A DNA stretch of 32,000 bases from Erysipelotrichaceae bacterium. Its GTDB lineage: Bacteria > Bacillota_I > Bacilli_A > Erysipelotrichales > Erysipelotrichaceae. The stretch covers positions 1,710,001-1,742,000 of the forward strand of contig OY781039.1 of the NCBI GenBank assembly GCA_963676105.1. Direction: 5' to 3'. Of this stretch, positions 8,388 to 16,964 are shown piece after piece; the stretch's first letter is position 1; each line of letters starts with the position of its first letter. Under the pieces are notes generated by a model. The model did no database searches, was not told the origin of the DNA, and saw only the letters and a program-made list of their open reading frames with translations. A program made the position numbers and the translations under genes.

Positions 8388-9461
8388 ATGTTAAAGAAAC
8401 TTATCATCGTAATAACCTTAGTTTTAGTCGCAAGTAGTTGCTCACAAACAGTGATTAATCGACCTAGACTTGTGGTTGTCGGAAACTTTTCTGAAACAGG
8501 TGGATTTGCGCCACTGGCTTTTAGTGGTGTTGAATTTGCATTGGAAAAACTCGAGATTGAGGATGAGTACATCTTAGACCATCTAGACATCACTCTTTAT
8601 CCTAGTGAAGAAGAATTAGAAGCTGCCATTCTGGAAAGCGATGCAGATATTTATATCGGACCGAGTTATTCTAGTGACTTACCAACGGTTTATCCAGTGT
8701 ATAAGGCAAATGAACTCTTTGCCTTTATCCCATCAGCGTCTGCGGATACGATTAATGAAGAAGATGACTATGTCTTTAGATTCATTACCTCTACACATGA
8801 ACAAGGAGTTCAATTTGCTCGCTTAATGGAAGTAAATCATTATGATGATGTCGCCATTATCTATGAGGATGCGAATCTTGCCTATTCACAAGTGTTAAGT
8901 GAAGGAATTGAAGCTGAAATACCTGAACTCGTAAGTTCTCTAAACACAACAAGCGCAGAAACAAGTGCGGATACATTAGTTTCATATATTAGTGATGAAA
9001 CAGATGCGATTATATTAGTTATGAGCGCCAAGACAGCGGGTATCACTGTTCAACGTTTACGAAGTGTCGATATTAATATACCAATCTATATTTCATCTTG
9101 GGCTCAAAGTAATACCTTGATTGAGTTTGTTGCAGATTATACAGAAAATCTATATGTTTACTCAAATGGTTTTCCTTCAAAAACAAGTAATTATTTATCT
9201 TTGAATGAAGAATATTTAGCGTTTTATGGATCTTCAATGGGTTTGCCTGCTATGTTTGCTTATGACTTTATAGTTGTTTTAAATGATTATGTTAAAGCAG
9301 GACATGATATTGAAAAAGATGAATTTAAATCATATATGTTAGAAAACCCTCAACAAGAAGGTTATCTATTTGATTTAGAACTCAATGAATATGGCATGGG
9401 AACACAAGCTATGCAGTTAGTAGAAATAAGAGATGGGGTGTTTGTGAATGCGTATGATTAA
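8388..9461 (+). CDS. Lipoprotein, LivJ/LivK-like solute-binding protein, paralog 2
   Basis: Start moved to the ATG at 8388 (AAGGGAG ribosome binding site at 8373-8379); the tracked 8337 is a GTG. Lipobox MLKKLIIVITLVLVASS|C. It aligns end to end with paralog 1, roughly 60% identical by eye, and is the same length (357 aa). Its 3' end overlaps the kinase start by 14 nt. Confidence 0.8.
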   Translation: MLKKLIIVITLVLVASSCSQTVINRPRLVVVGNFSETGGFAPLAFSGVEFALEKLEIEDEYILDHLDITLYPSEEELEAAILESDADIYIGPSYSSDLPTVYPVYKANELFAFIPSASADTINEEDDYVFRFITSTHEQGVQFARLMEVNHYDDVAIIYEDANLAYSQVLSEGIEAEIPELVSSLNTTSAETSADTLVSYISDETDAIILVMSAKTAGITVQRLRSVDINIPIYISSWAQSNTLIEFVADYTENLYVYSNGFPSKTSNYLSLNEEYLAFYGSSMGLPAMFAYDFIVVLNDYVKAGHDIEKDEFKSYMLENPQQEGYLFDLELNEYGMGTQAMQLVEIRDGVFVNAYD

Positions 9462-11115
9462 AGTTAAGCTGGGGCGTTATTTTCTAATTACAACCATACT
9501 TCAATTTGCGATTATTATTGCCTTAATGAGTGTGTTAATTATTCGCTATATTGCCCAGCCTTATGAATATCGACAATTACTCAATATTCATGATCAACTG
9601 AGATATTCGATTGCCTTAACAGAGAGTCATTTAGATACACAGACCTTTGTGGTTAATCGACTTGCCAATCATGATGAAAGTGGTAAAAACTTAGATGAAA
9701 TGGCTAAGAGTCTCTTTGTAGATGAAAACAATGTCTTAGATGCTTTGGTTGTTTTAAATAGTGACTGGATAGTGGAAGCACAGTATCCTAACACTGAACT
9801 CATTGGTTTAAATTTAGCCTCTCATTTTCAAAATTTAGACTTTAGTGATGAAGGTATTGACTACTTCTCAGGGGATGATGGCGTGCATGTTGTTAAACGT
9901 GCATATGGTAAATACTATGTGGGTATTTTTGATTTAGATCTTCAAGATATCTTCGAATCAGATTTAGATATCCTAGCTTCTTCTATTTTCTATGTAACAG
10001 ATGGTAATGGTAATGTCTTGGATAGTAATAAGACCTTTATCACCAATCCAAAATATGAAGTTCTACAAGAAAATATCATTGAGTTTGAAGGTCAAACCTT
10101 ATATACACGAAACATCGTTATGAATAACGAAGAATATATTCTTAAACAAAGAGCTTTTGAAACCTTGAATATGACCTTCAATATGATGATTCCAATCGAA
10201 GTTTATCAACAAGCAACTTACACATATCAAAGTATTATGGCGTTCGCTTTTGGTGGGGTTGTGCTTCTTAGTTTAATGTTCTACTTAAATCTTAGAAAAC
10301 AAATTACAATACCATTAGAAAGACTTACGGATATCTTTAAATATGACAAACTTAGAGATATGAGTAATGAAGAATTAAAGGATACCAATATTTTAGAAAT
10401 TAACTCATTGAACTTTCAATTTAAGAAATTAATCAATCAACTTATTAGAAAAGAACAAGAGATGAATGAATTTGTCTATATTGCATCTCATGATCTTCAA
10501 GAACCACTTCGAGTGATTAGTTCATACATTAATATTCTAGAAATGGACTATGAAGATAAGTTTGATGAAGATGGGCATAAGTATCTCAATTACGTTGTTG
10601 ATGGGGCTAAACGGATGAAGAATCTGATTGTGGCCTTACTGGATTACTCGCGTATCATCAACGCAAAATTAGAATTCAAAGATACAGACTTAAATGAGAT
10701 ACTAAAGATGGTTGAAAACAATCTTGAAGTAAGTATTAAGGAAAAGGAAGCGACAATTATTAGTGATGACTTGCCTGTTGTTAAAGCACATGAACAAGCC
10801 ATGATACAACTCTTCCAAAATCTCATTGCGAATTCAATAAAGTTTTGTAAAGACAAACCAGAAATACAAGTACGCTACGTTAATAATCAATTAAGATTTA
10901 TCGATAATGGTATCGGAATAGCTGAAGAAGATATTCCAAAATTATTTAAGCCCTTCAAGCGATTAAACTCTGCTGCTGAATATAAGGGAACAGGTATTGG
11001 TCTAGCCGTAGTATTTAAAACCTGTGAAAGTCATGGATGGAAAGTACACATAGAGTCAGAACTTGGGAAAGGAACAACCTTCGTGGTTGATTTAGGTGAA
11101 AAATATGGATCGTAA
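9448..11115 (+). CDS. Sensor histidine kinase: TM, about 220-aa extracytoplasmic (Cache-like?) domain, TM, HAMP-like linker, HisKA, HATPase_c
   Basis: Two TM segments (YFLITTILQFAIIIALMSVLII and IMAFAFGGVVLLSLMFYLNL). HAMP-like ITIPLERLTDIF...EINSLNFQFKKLINQL. H-box FVYIASHDLQEPLR (His348). N-box QLFQNLIANSIKF. G-boxes IDNGIGI and GTGIGLA. Confidence 0.9.
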   Translation: MRMIKVKLGRYFLITTILQFAIIIALMSVLIIRYIAQPYEYRQLLNIHDQLRYSIALTESHLDTQTFVVNRLANHDESGKNLDEMAKSLFVDENNVLDALVVLNSDWIVEAQYPNTELIGLNLASHFQNLDFSDEGIDYFSGDDGVHVVKRAYGKYYVGIFDLDLQDIFESDLDILASSIFYVTDGNGNVLDSNKTFITNPKYEVLQENIIEFEGQTLYTRNIVMNNEEYILKQRAFETLNMTFNMMIPIEVYQQATYTYQSIMAFAFGGVVLLSLMFYLNLRKQITIPLERLTDIFKYDKLRDMSNEELKDTNILEINSLNFQFKKLINQLIRKEQEMNEFVYIASHDLQEPLRVISSYINILEMDYEDKFDEDGHKYLNYVVDGAKRMKNLIVALLDYSRIINAKLEFKDTDLNEILKMVENNLEVSIKEKEATIISDDLPVVKAHEQAMIQLFQNLIANSIKFCKDKPEIQVRYVNNQLRFIDNGIGIAEEDIPKLFKPFKRLNSAAEYKGTGIGLAVVFKTCESHGWKVHIESELGKGTTFVVDLGEKYGS

Positions 11116-11551
11116 ACAAGAAGCAGTCATTTTATTAGTCGAGGATAATCCTGCTGATATCGATTTGATTAAGTATACATTTAAAAAGAATAAGATTGAG
11201 AATAGACTCATAACCATCATGGATGGCCAATCAGCGATTGACTACATTGTTGATCATAAAGATTGTGGTGAAGGTTACTTTGAACCAGATCTCATTATTT
11301 TAGACATCAATCTGCCAAAAAGAAGTGGACTTGAAGTCTTGGAAGTGATTAAAAATGATGATGATGCAAAAGTCATTCCAGTTGTCATGTTGACGACAAG
11401 TGCATCACCAACAGATATTGACGAAGCTTATCAACACTATGTGAATGCTTACTTAGTAAAACCTGTAGAAATGCATGACTTCATTGATGTTATTACTAAA
11501 CTTGAAGACTTCATGATTAAGGTCATAAAACGTCCGCTTAGAAAGGGGTAA
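11105..11551 (+). CDS. Single-domain response regulator (CheY/Rcp1-like receiver)
   Basis: VILLVEDNPADIDL (acidic pocket), DLIILDINLPKRSG (phospho-Asp), VVMLTTS and AYLVKP. The ATG at 11105 with AGGTGA 5 nt upstream is preferred over the tracked GTG at 11096. It overlaps the kinase 3' end. Confidence 0.88.
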   Translation: MDRKQEAVILLVEDNPADIDLIKYTFKKNKIENRLITIMDGQSAIDYIVDHKDCGEGYFEPDLIILDINLPKRSGLEVLEVIKNDDDAKVIPVVMLTTSASPTDIDEAYQHYVNAYLVKPVEMHDFIDVITKLEDFMIKVIKRPLRKG

Positions 11552-11554
11552 TTT

Positions 11555-12385
11555 ATGCGTAAACTCGATGTTGTGATTCTAGAAGATTTAGATACTGACT
11601 TTGATTTAGTTGATATCTATCTTAAGAAAAGTAAACAATATTTAATTAAAACAACTCGATTCACACTTCTTAAAGATCTCTTAAATGCATATGAATCTAA
11701 AACACTTAGAGGTGATGTCATTCTTTTAGATTTAAATCTACCTGATTCGGATTATCATCATACTCTTTATCGTGTTTTGAATACGATTATTGATATTCCA
11801 ATTATTGTTTTAACATCCATGGATCTAAAGTATGGATATGATGCGATTAAATTAGGTGCTCAAGATTTCATTAATAAAACAGAACTAAAAAATGAATACT
11901 TAGATTACAAGTTATTGTTTGCGATGGAACGCTCTGAACAACTAAAGCATCTTGAAAGTATTGCCTTTATGGATTCTGAAACCAGTCTTCATACATTAGC
12001 TTTTCTAAGAACCTATATCGAACAACAAGTTAAACAAGGTGTTCATCATTTCAGTTTGATTCGTTATGAATTTAAAACCGATAATAAAGAAATGTTTGAA
12101 GATTTAAGTTTATATGTCGCATCTGAACTACGTTATACGATTTTAGATTTCAAACTCATCGCGGCTGTTGATTCAAATCGTGTCTTCTATGTTTTGGTTG
12201 AAGATGGCGAAGAAGCAATTTCTCAAGTCGATAATTATTTGAAGAGTGTACTATCGAATGCCAAAGATCAAAATGAAGCATTGAATTATCAAGTCTTTAA
12301 AAACGCGATTACATGCACAGGTGATTTGAACTTTGAATCATGCATAAAAGACCTTGAAAAGGATAAAAAAGAGGTCAAGTTATGA
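11555..12385 (+). CDS. Response regulator: receiver domain plus a C-terminal degenerate GGDEF-like domain (catalytic motif lost)
   Basis: The receiver residues are intact (VVILEDLD, DVILLDLNLPD, IVLTS, DFINK). The C-terminal half follows GGDEF spacing: DSETSLHTLAFL for D.LTGL.NR.AF, FSLIRYEFK for the iDiD.FK position, and AAVDSNRVFYVLV where R.GGDEF..LL is expected. Confidence 0.7.
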   Translation: MRKLDVVILEDLDTDFDLVDIYLKKSKQYLIKTTRFTLLKDLLNAYESKTLRGDVILLDLNLPDSDYHHTLYRVLNTIIDIPIIVLTSMDLKYGYDAIKLGAQDFINKTELKNEYLDYKLLFAMERSEQLKHLESIAFMDSETSLHTLAFLRTYIEQQVKQGVHHFSLIRYEFKTDNKEMFEDLSLYVASELRYTILDFKLIAAVDSNRVFYVLVEDGEEAISQVDNYLKSVLSNAKDQNEALNYQVFKNAITCTGDLNFESCIKDLEKDKKEVKL

Positions 12386-13119
12386 ACTATGAAAATGCCT
12401 TAAAGTTATCCTCTGATCAAGTCAGTCATTTATTGCTGGATGTCTTAAAGGATAAGAAATTATGCGATAGTATCATTGATGCTTCACTTAATCTATTAAA
12501 GTGCAATGTAGAAAATGATGATGAACTTCAAAAACGTAAAGTAGCGGTTTTAGATGCCTTAAAATTGATTTCCAAGAAGATTGATTTTAGAAATGAAAAA
12601 ACATTAATTATAGAAGTTATTCACACCTGGTATTTACATTTAGGTGAAAAATGCATTGAAGATCGAACAGTTAATACTCGATTACGAGAGTTAACCAGCA
12701 TTTATTTTGATGGCTGGAATATGTTGATGAATGCTGATCATAAAGTAAGAGTGGATAAACTTACCTCTAACTTTATGGTGAAATCGGAAGGCATTAGTAC
12801 TGAACGCAATCAATACATGGAAATGTTTGAATCACTGCCATTATCTGTGTTTATCTTAGATGAAAATGGTGACTTAGATTTATTAAACCTAAGAGCTGTT
12901 GAATTCTACAATAAACTTTTAGAACTACAATCATTCAATGATTTTGATAATAATTTATTGAAATTCTTAAATGTGAATGGTTTTTGTGATGATGTGAATA
13001 AAGTTGTATGTAATGGTGCATTGCCAGAATTTGAAAATGCTTATTTTGAATTGAATAAAAATAGTTGGAACTACAACAATAAAAAAGGTTACATCTTAAT
13101 TATCTACGTACATAAATAG
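12382..13119 (+). CDS. Hypothetical cytoplasmic protein: helical N-terminal half plus a PAS-like C-terminal segment
   Basis: 245-aa ORF with an ATGA overlap onto the upstream gene. The C-terminal ERNQYMEMFESLPLSVFILDENGDLDLLNLRAVEFYN resembles the start of a PAS fold. No catalytic motif was recognised. Confidence 0.6.
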   Translation: MNYENALKLSSDQVSHLLLDVLKDKKLCDSIIDASLNLLKCNVENDDELQKRKVAVLDALKLISKKIDFRNEKTLIIEVIHTWYLHLGEKCIEDRTVNTRLRELTSIYFDGWNMLMNADHKVRVDKLTSNFMVKSEGISTERNQYMEMFESLPLSVFILDENGDLDLLNLRAVEFYNKLLELQSFNDFDNNLLKFLNVNGFCDDVNKVVCNGALPEFENAYFELNKNSWNYNNKKGYILIIYVHK

Positions 13120-13132
13120 AAATCGGGGACGT

Positions 13133-14800
13133 ATGAATTTTAACTTGATTGAAGGATTAAATAATTTCGACCAGCAATGGCAAAACCTTTCTGAACTCAT
13201 AAATAAAAACATTGGACAACATAATTTTAAATGTCTAATTTTTTCGTCGAGCGCGGATGAATCTATCTTTCAATATACCAGTAATGATTCAAATGATTAC
13301 TCAGCCCTTAGAGAATATATAGAAGAATTTGGTTCAACTAAAAACGCAAGTACCACCGGCAAAGCGCATATTATCCAAGGTAAAGAAAAGAATATAATGA
13401 TTGCGATTGTCGCAAGCGTTTTTACCCATTCTCAACATGTTGAAGGGGCCTTTTATTTCGAATTTGAAAACAAAAATAAAGATTATATTCAGCTATTTAA
13501 CGATAGTTTGATTCCTTTGAATTTATATTCTCTAACATATTGGATACAAAGAGAAATTGAAGTCTATGAAAATCTCTTTTATACCATTGATTTATTTACA
13601 GAGCTTATCGCAAAAAGAGATCGATTTATGCCTTATCACATGAGTAATGTGGCTAATCGAAGTATGTTGTTGGCAAATCGTTTAAATCTAAGTCGACGAG
13701 ATCGTTTCTTGCTTTATATTGCGGCACTTTTACATGATATCGGCAAGATAGATATTGATGAGAGAATCATCAATAAACCTGGACGTTTAACCGAAGAAGA
13801 ATACGAAACAATGAAAGATCATCCACGTAAAGGTTATGATATAACTTGGGCTGAACTTCATGGGATAAAATATTTAGAAGAAGTACCAGAAATCATTCTT
13901 CATCATCATGAGCGTTATGATGGTAAAGGTTATCCAGATCAACTAAGTGCTAATGATATTCCTTATTTAAGCCGAGTTTTATCGATTGCAGATACCGTTG
14001 ATGCGATGATTTCAGTACGCTCTTATAAAAATCAATTTACTAAACAAGAAATTATTAATGAACTGGATAAATTCTCGGGCTCACAATTTGATCCTGAAAT
14101 TGCTAAAGTTATGATTGATGTTTTAAGTGAAACCAATGAAAAGAGCGTAAACAATCAATTAAAAGTTGCGAACTTTATCCCTAAAGCGTCAATCGTATTA
14201 GAAAAAGAAAATGGTGAAACTTCTCACTTTATGGGTAATATTGTCATCAATGAAAATATTGGTAAGTTTATCATTCACCAAAAAGAAGGTAAATCTTTAG
14301 AAAAGACTTATCATAATTTCGCCTACATTGGCTACTTTATGTATGGTGAGTTTGTACAATACCGTGCTAAAGTTCAATACACTTTAAAAAACCAAATTAT
14401 TCTTTCAAGTTTTATTTATCAACCACTTGATCGATTAGCCTTTACTGCCTATTATTCCAATGCCTATGTATCAACTAGTGATAGTTATGAAGAAGTTCAA
14501 ATCATTAAATTAGGAGCACGTAACTTAATTATTGAAATTGACATTACCTCATCTTTATATATCAAGGAACACCAAAAATTGAATTTATACTTTAGTACTC
14601 ATAAAGATTTCTTCATGTCAGATTATAATGTCATTTATGAAGTGGTTCGTAAGTACATCTTTGATAATCGAATTATCATTCATTTAGAATCCAAAGATAT
14701 TGCGCCACGAATTCGTGATGAAATTATGCGGACCATCTTTGATAAACAACTTAATGATGCGAATATTCAACCAAATGTTGCGATTGGACAAAAAAACTGA
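13133..14800 (+). CDS. HD-GYP domain c-di-GMP phosphodiesterase with an N-terminal GAF-like region and an about 200-aa C-terminal extension of unknown function
   Basis: HD-GYP signature: HMSNVANRS...LLHDIGKIDI...MKDHPRKGYDI...ILHHHERYDGKGYPDQL...LSIADTVDAMISVRSYK. Confidence 0.88.
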   Translation: MNFNLIEGLNNFDQQWQNLSELINKNIGQHNFKCLIFSSSADESIFQYTSNDSNDYSALREYIEEFGSTKNASTTGKAHIIQGKEKNIMIAIVASVFTHSQHVEGAFYFEFENKNKDYIQLFNDSLIPLNLYSLTYWIQREIEVYENLFYTIDLFTELIAKRDRFMPYHMSNVANRSMLLANRLNLSRRDRFLLYIAALLHDIGKIDIDERIINKPGRLTEEEYETMKDHPRKGYDITWAELHGIKYLEEVPEIILHHHERYDGKGYPDQLSANDIPYLSRVLSIADTVDAMISVRSYKNQFTKQEIINELDKFSGSQFDPEIAKVMIDVLSETNEKSVNNQLKVANFIPKASIVLEKENGETSHFMGNIVINENIGKFIIHQKEGKSLEKTYHNFAYIGYFMYGEFVQYRAKVQYTLKNQIILSSFIYQPLDRLAFTAYYSNAYVSTSDSYEEVQIIKLGARNLIIEIDITSSLYIKEHQKLNLYFSTHKDFFMSDYNVIYEVVRKYIFDNRIIIHLESKDIAPRIRDEIMRTIFDKQLNDANIQPNVAIGQKN

Positions 14801-14816
14801 GAATTCTCAGTTTTTC
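14791..14816. terminator. Bidirectional rho-independent terminator shared by convergent operons
   Basis: AAAAAACTGAGAATTCTCAGTTTTT is a perfect palindrome with an A-run on one side and a T-run on the other. Both stop codons (TGA at 14798-14800 on plus, TGA at 14809-14807 on minus) lie inside the stem. Confidence 0.8.
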
Positions 14817-15013
14817 TTTGGGTGATCTTTACGATACTCATTGATTAAATTACTTTGATGGCGACTCAGAAATGAATCATCGCACTGACATGATTTATTA
14901 CTCGAATGAGCACAACCAATACATTTAATCCCGCGTTGTCTTGACCTGATAATAGGAATACTTGCGAGTACAACAATGATCACAATGATGCCCCCAACAA
15001 TGATATTTTCCAT
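14807..15013 (-). CDS. FeoB-associated Cys-rich membrane protein
   Basis: 68 aa: an N-terminal TM (MENIIVGGIIVIIVVLASIPII) followed by a Cys cluster (CIGC...SCQC). It overlaps the feoB stop by 1 nt (TAATG). Confidence 0.75.
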   Translation of the reverse strand: MENIIVGGIIVIIVVLASIPIIRSRQRGIKCIGCAHSSNKSCQCDDSFLSRHQSNLINEYRKDHPKKN

Positions 15014-16959
15014 TATGCAAGAACCTTTCTTTTACGATAACCAACGCTATAGAAAGCGATAAAGATAAGTATTATGACTATTGTGCCAGCTGTAAAACCA
15101 CTCTGTAGATGACCATAGAATATCAGTGATCCCAATTGATAAAAGAGAAACGCGATACTATACCCCATACTAAATTGCAGGGATAAAGCGATGCCTAACC
15201 ATTTCTTAGAGCGTAGCTCAGCATTCATTGCGCCAATAGCCGCAAAACATGGTGGAGTGAATAAGTTAAAGACTAAGAAAGCTAAAGCCGCAATGGTGCT
15301 TAGACCCATAATGGATACGATTTCATTTTGACCACCAATTAAGGCAAATTCTTCAGTATTAATAAAGTTCGTAATATTAAAGACAACAGCTAGAGTTCCA
15401 ATGACATTTTCCTTAGCAATAAAGCCTGTGATTGCGGCTGACGCAAGTTGCCATGTTCCGAATCCTAGAGGAATAAGTAAGAATGAAACAGGTGTCGCAA
15501 GGCTAGCGAGAATACTTGTATCTGCAGCTCCTTGTTCAACAACCGATAAGTTCCAAGTGAATGTCTGCATAATTTGAATTACCACATTTGAAACCAGAAT
15601 AATGGTGAAAGCTTTAATAATGAAAGCCTTCGCTTGAGAATACATGGATCTTAAGGCATTGATGGCTGAAGGGATACGATATGTTGGAAGTTCAATGATA
15701 AAGTAATCTGTTTTTGAATCATCTCCGGTGACCCATCGAATCACAAAAGCAGCCACAAAGATAACTCCCATCGCTAAGAAATACATGGCAGTCCCAACCC
15801 AAGGTGATTCATTAAAGAATACACCTGCAAATAAGGCAATAACAGGTAACTTAGCCCCACATGGCATAAATGGGGAAAGGATGGCAGTTGTACGTCTTTG
15901 ATTATCGTTTCTTATCGTACGTGTACTCATGACACCTGGTACAGCACAACCTGTTGAAACAACCATAGGGATAATGGATCTTCCAGATAGTCCAACCTTT
16001 TTCATATAAGGGTCCATTAGTACGGCAACACGCGCCATGTAACCACTATCTTCAAGTAAAGCTAACATAAAGAACAACGTCATGATAAGTGGTAAGAAGC
16101 CAACAATGGCACTGACACCACCAATGATTCCATCTAACAACAAGGCTTTAAGGAATGGGGATATGCCATCACCTAGCAGTCCTTCAATAAAAACATAGAA
16201 CGCATCAATCCAACTGACAAAGGTATCAGCCATCAGTGGACCTATATAGGTTTGTGATATGGCGAATACAACATATAAAATGAGCGCAAAGACAGGTAAA
16301 CCAAACCATTTATTAGCCACTACTCGATCTAATTTATCTTGGAATTGATGGGTGGGTGTATAAACATCTCTTTTTTCACAGTGTTTAACCAAAGCATTTA
16401 TCCAGTCATATCGAGCTGTGTCATCCTCAAATTCAACAAGTTTAGGTTGATAAATTTGTGGGGTTTGCGCAAAGTAATGAACAGTATCCATTAGATCATG
16501 TAAACCTGATCGATTAAGTGAAGAAACAGGCACAATAGCTACATTGAGATCTTCAGCTAAATGTTGAATATCGATTTCAAGACTTGGATGTTCAGTCAAA
16601 TCCCATTTGTTTAAGGCAATAATACTAGGTATACCTAAGGCTAAAATTTGCGTGCTTAAGAAAAGCGAACGATTTAAATTTGATGCATCTAAAACATTGA
16701 TAATTAAATCAGGCTTGGCATATTTAATCGCTTCAAAAGTAATCTTTTCATCTGCGCTAAAAGGAGATAGAGAATAAGCACCAGGTAAATCGATAATATT
16801 AACGATTTGATCCTTAACATACTTTGGTTTAAGCATGCCTTCTTTCGCATCCACCGTTACACCAGGCCAGTTTCCGACATATTCATAATGACCAGTTAAG
16901 GCGTTGAATAGGGTTGTTTTACCACTATTTGGATTTCCAACTAATACAATATTCATCAC
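15013..16959 (-). CDS. feoB: Ferrous iron transporter FeoB (N-terminal GTPase plus polytopic permease)
   Basis: G1 GNPNSGKTTLFNALTG, G2/G3 WPGVTV...DLPGAYSL and G4 NKWD, followed by gate-motif-rich TM regions (GCAVPGVM, MPCGAKLPV). Confidence 0.95.
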   Translation of the reverse strand: MMNIVLVGNPNSGKTTLFNALTGHYEYVGNWPGVTVDAKEGMLKPKYVKDQIVNIIDLPGAYSLSPFSADEKITFEAIKYAKPDLIINVLDASNLNRSLFLSTQILALGIPSIIALNKWDLTEHPSLEIDIQHLAEDLNVAIVPVSSLNRSGLHDLMDTVHYFAQTPQIYQPKLVEFEDDTARYDWINALVKHCEKRDVYTPTHQFQDKLDRVVANKWFGLPVFALILYVVFAISQTYIGPLMADTFVSWIDAFYVFIEGLLGDGISPFLKALLLDGIIGGVSAIVGFLPLIMTLFFMLALLEDSGYMARVAVLMDPYMKKVGLSGRSIIPMVVSTGCAVPGVMSTRTIRNDNQRRTTAILSPFMPCGAKLPVIALFAGVFFNESPWVGTAMYFLAMGVIFVAAFVIRWVTGDDSKTDYFIIELPTYRIPSAINALRSMYSQAKAFIIKAFTIILVSNVVIQIMQTFTWNLSVVEQGAADTSILASLATPVSFLLIPLGFGTWQLASAAITGFIAKENVIGTLAVVFNITNFINTEEFALIGGQNEIVSIMGLSTIAALAFLVFNLFTPPCFAAIGAMNAELRSKKWLGIALSLQFSMGYSIAFLFYQLGSLIFYGHLQSGFTAGTIVIILIFIAFYSVGYRKRKVLA

Positions 16960-16964
16960 TACAC

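Noticed and set aside
8381-8826. Small ORFs 8381..8593 (minus strand) and 8641..8826 (plus strand, out of frame) within binding-protein paralog 2
   Set aside because: Both are embedded in a well-supported gene whose paralog conserves the main frame. They have no start context.
10644-10856. 70-aa antisense ORF inside the histidine kinase gene
   Set aside because: It overlaps the HATPase_c coding region, which carries clear N-box motifs on the other strand.
14165-14800. Possible PilZ domains in the C-terminal extension of the HD-GYP protein
   Set aside because: I could not find the RxxxR and D/NxSxxG motifs, so the region is left unassigned.
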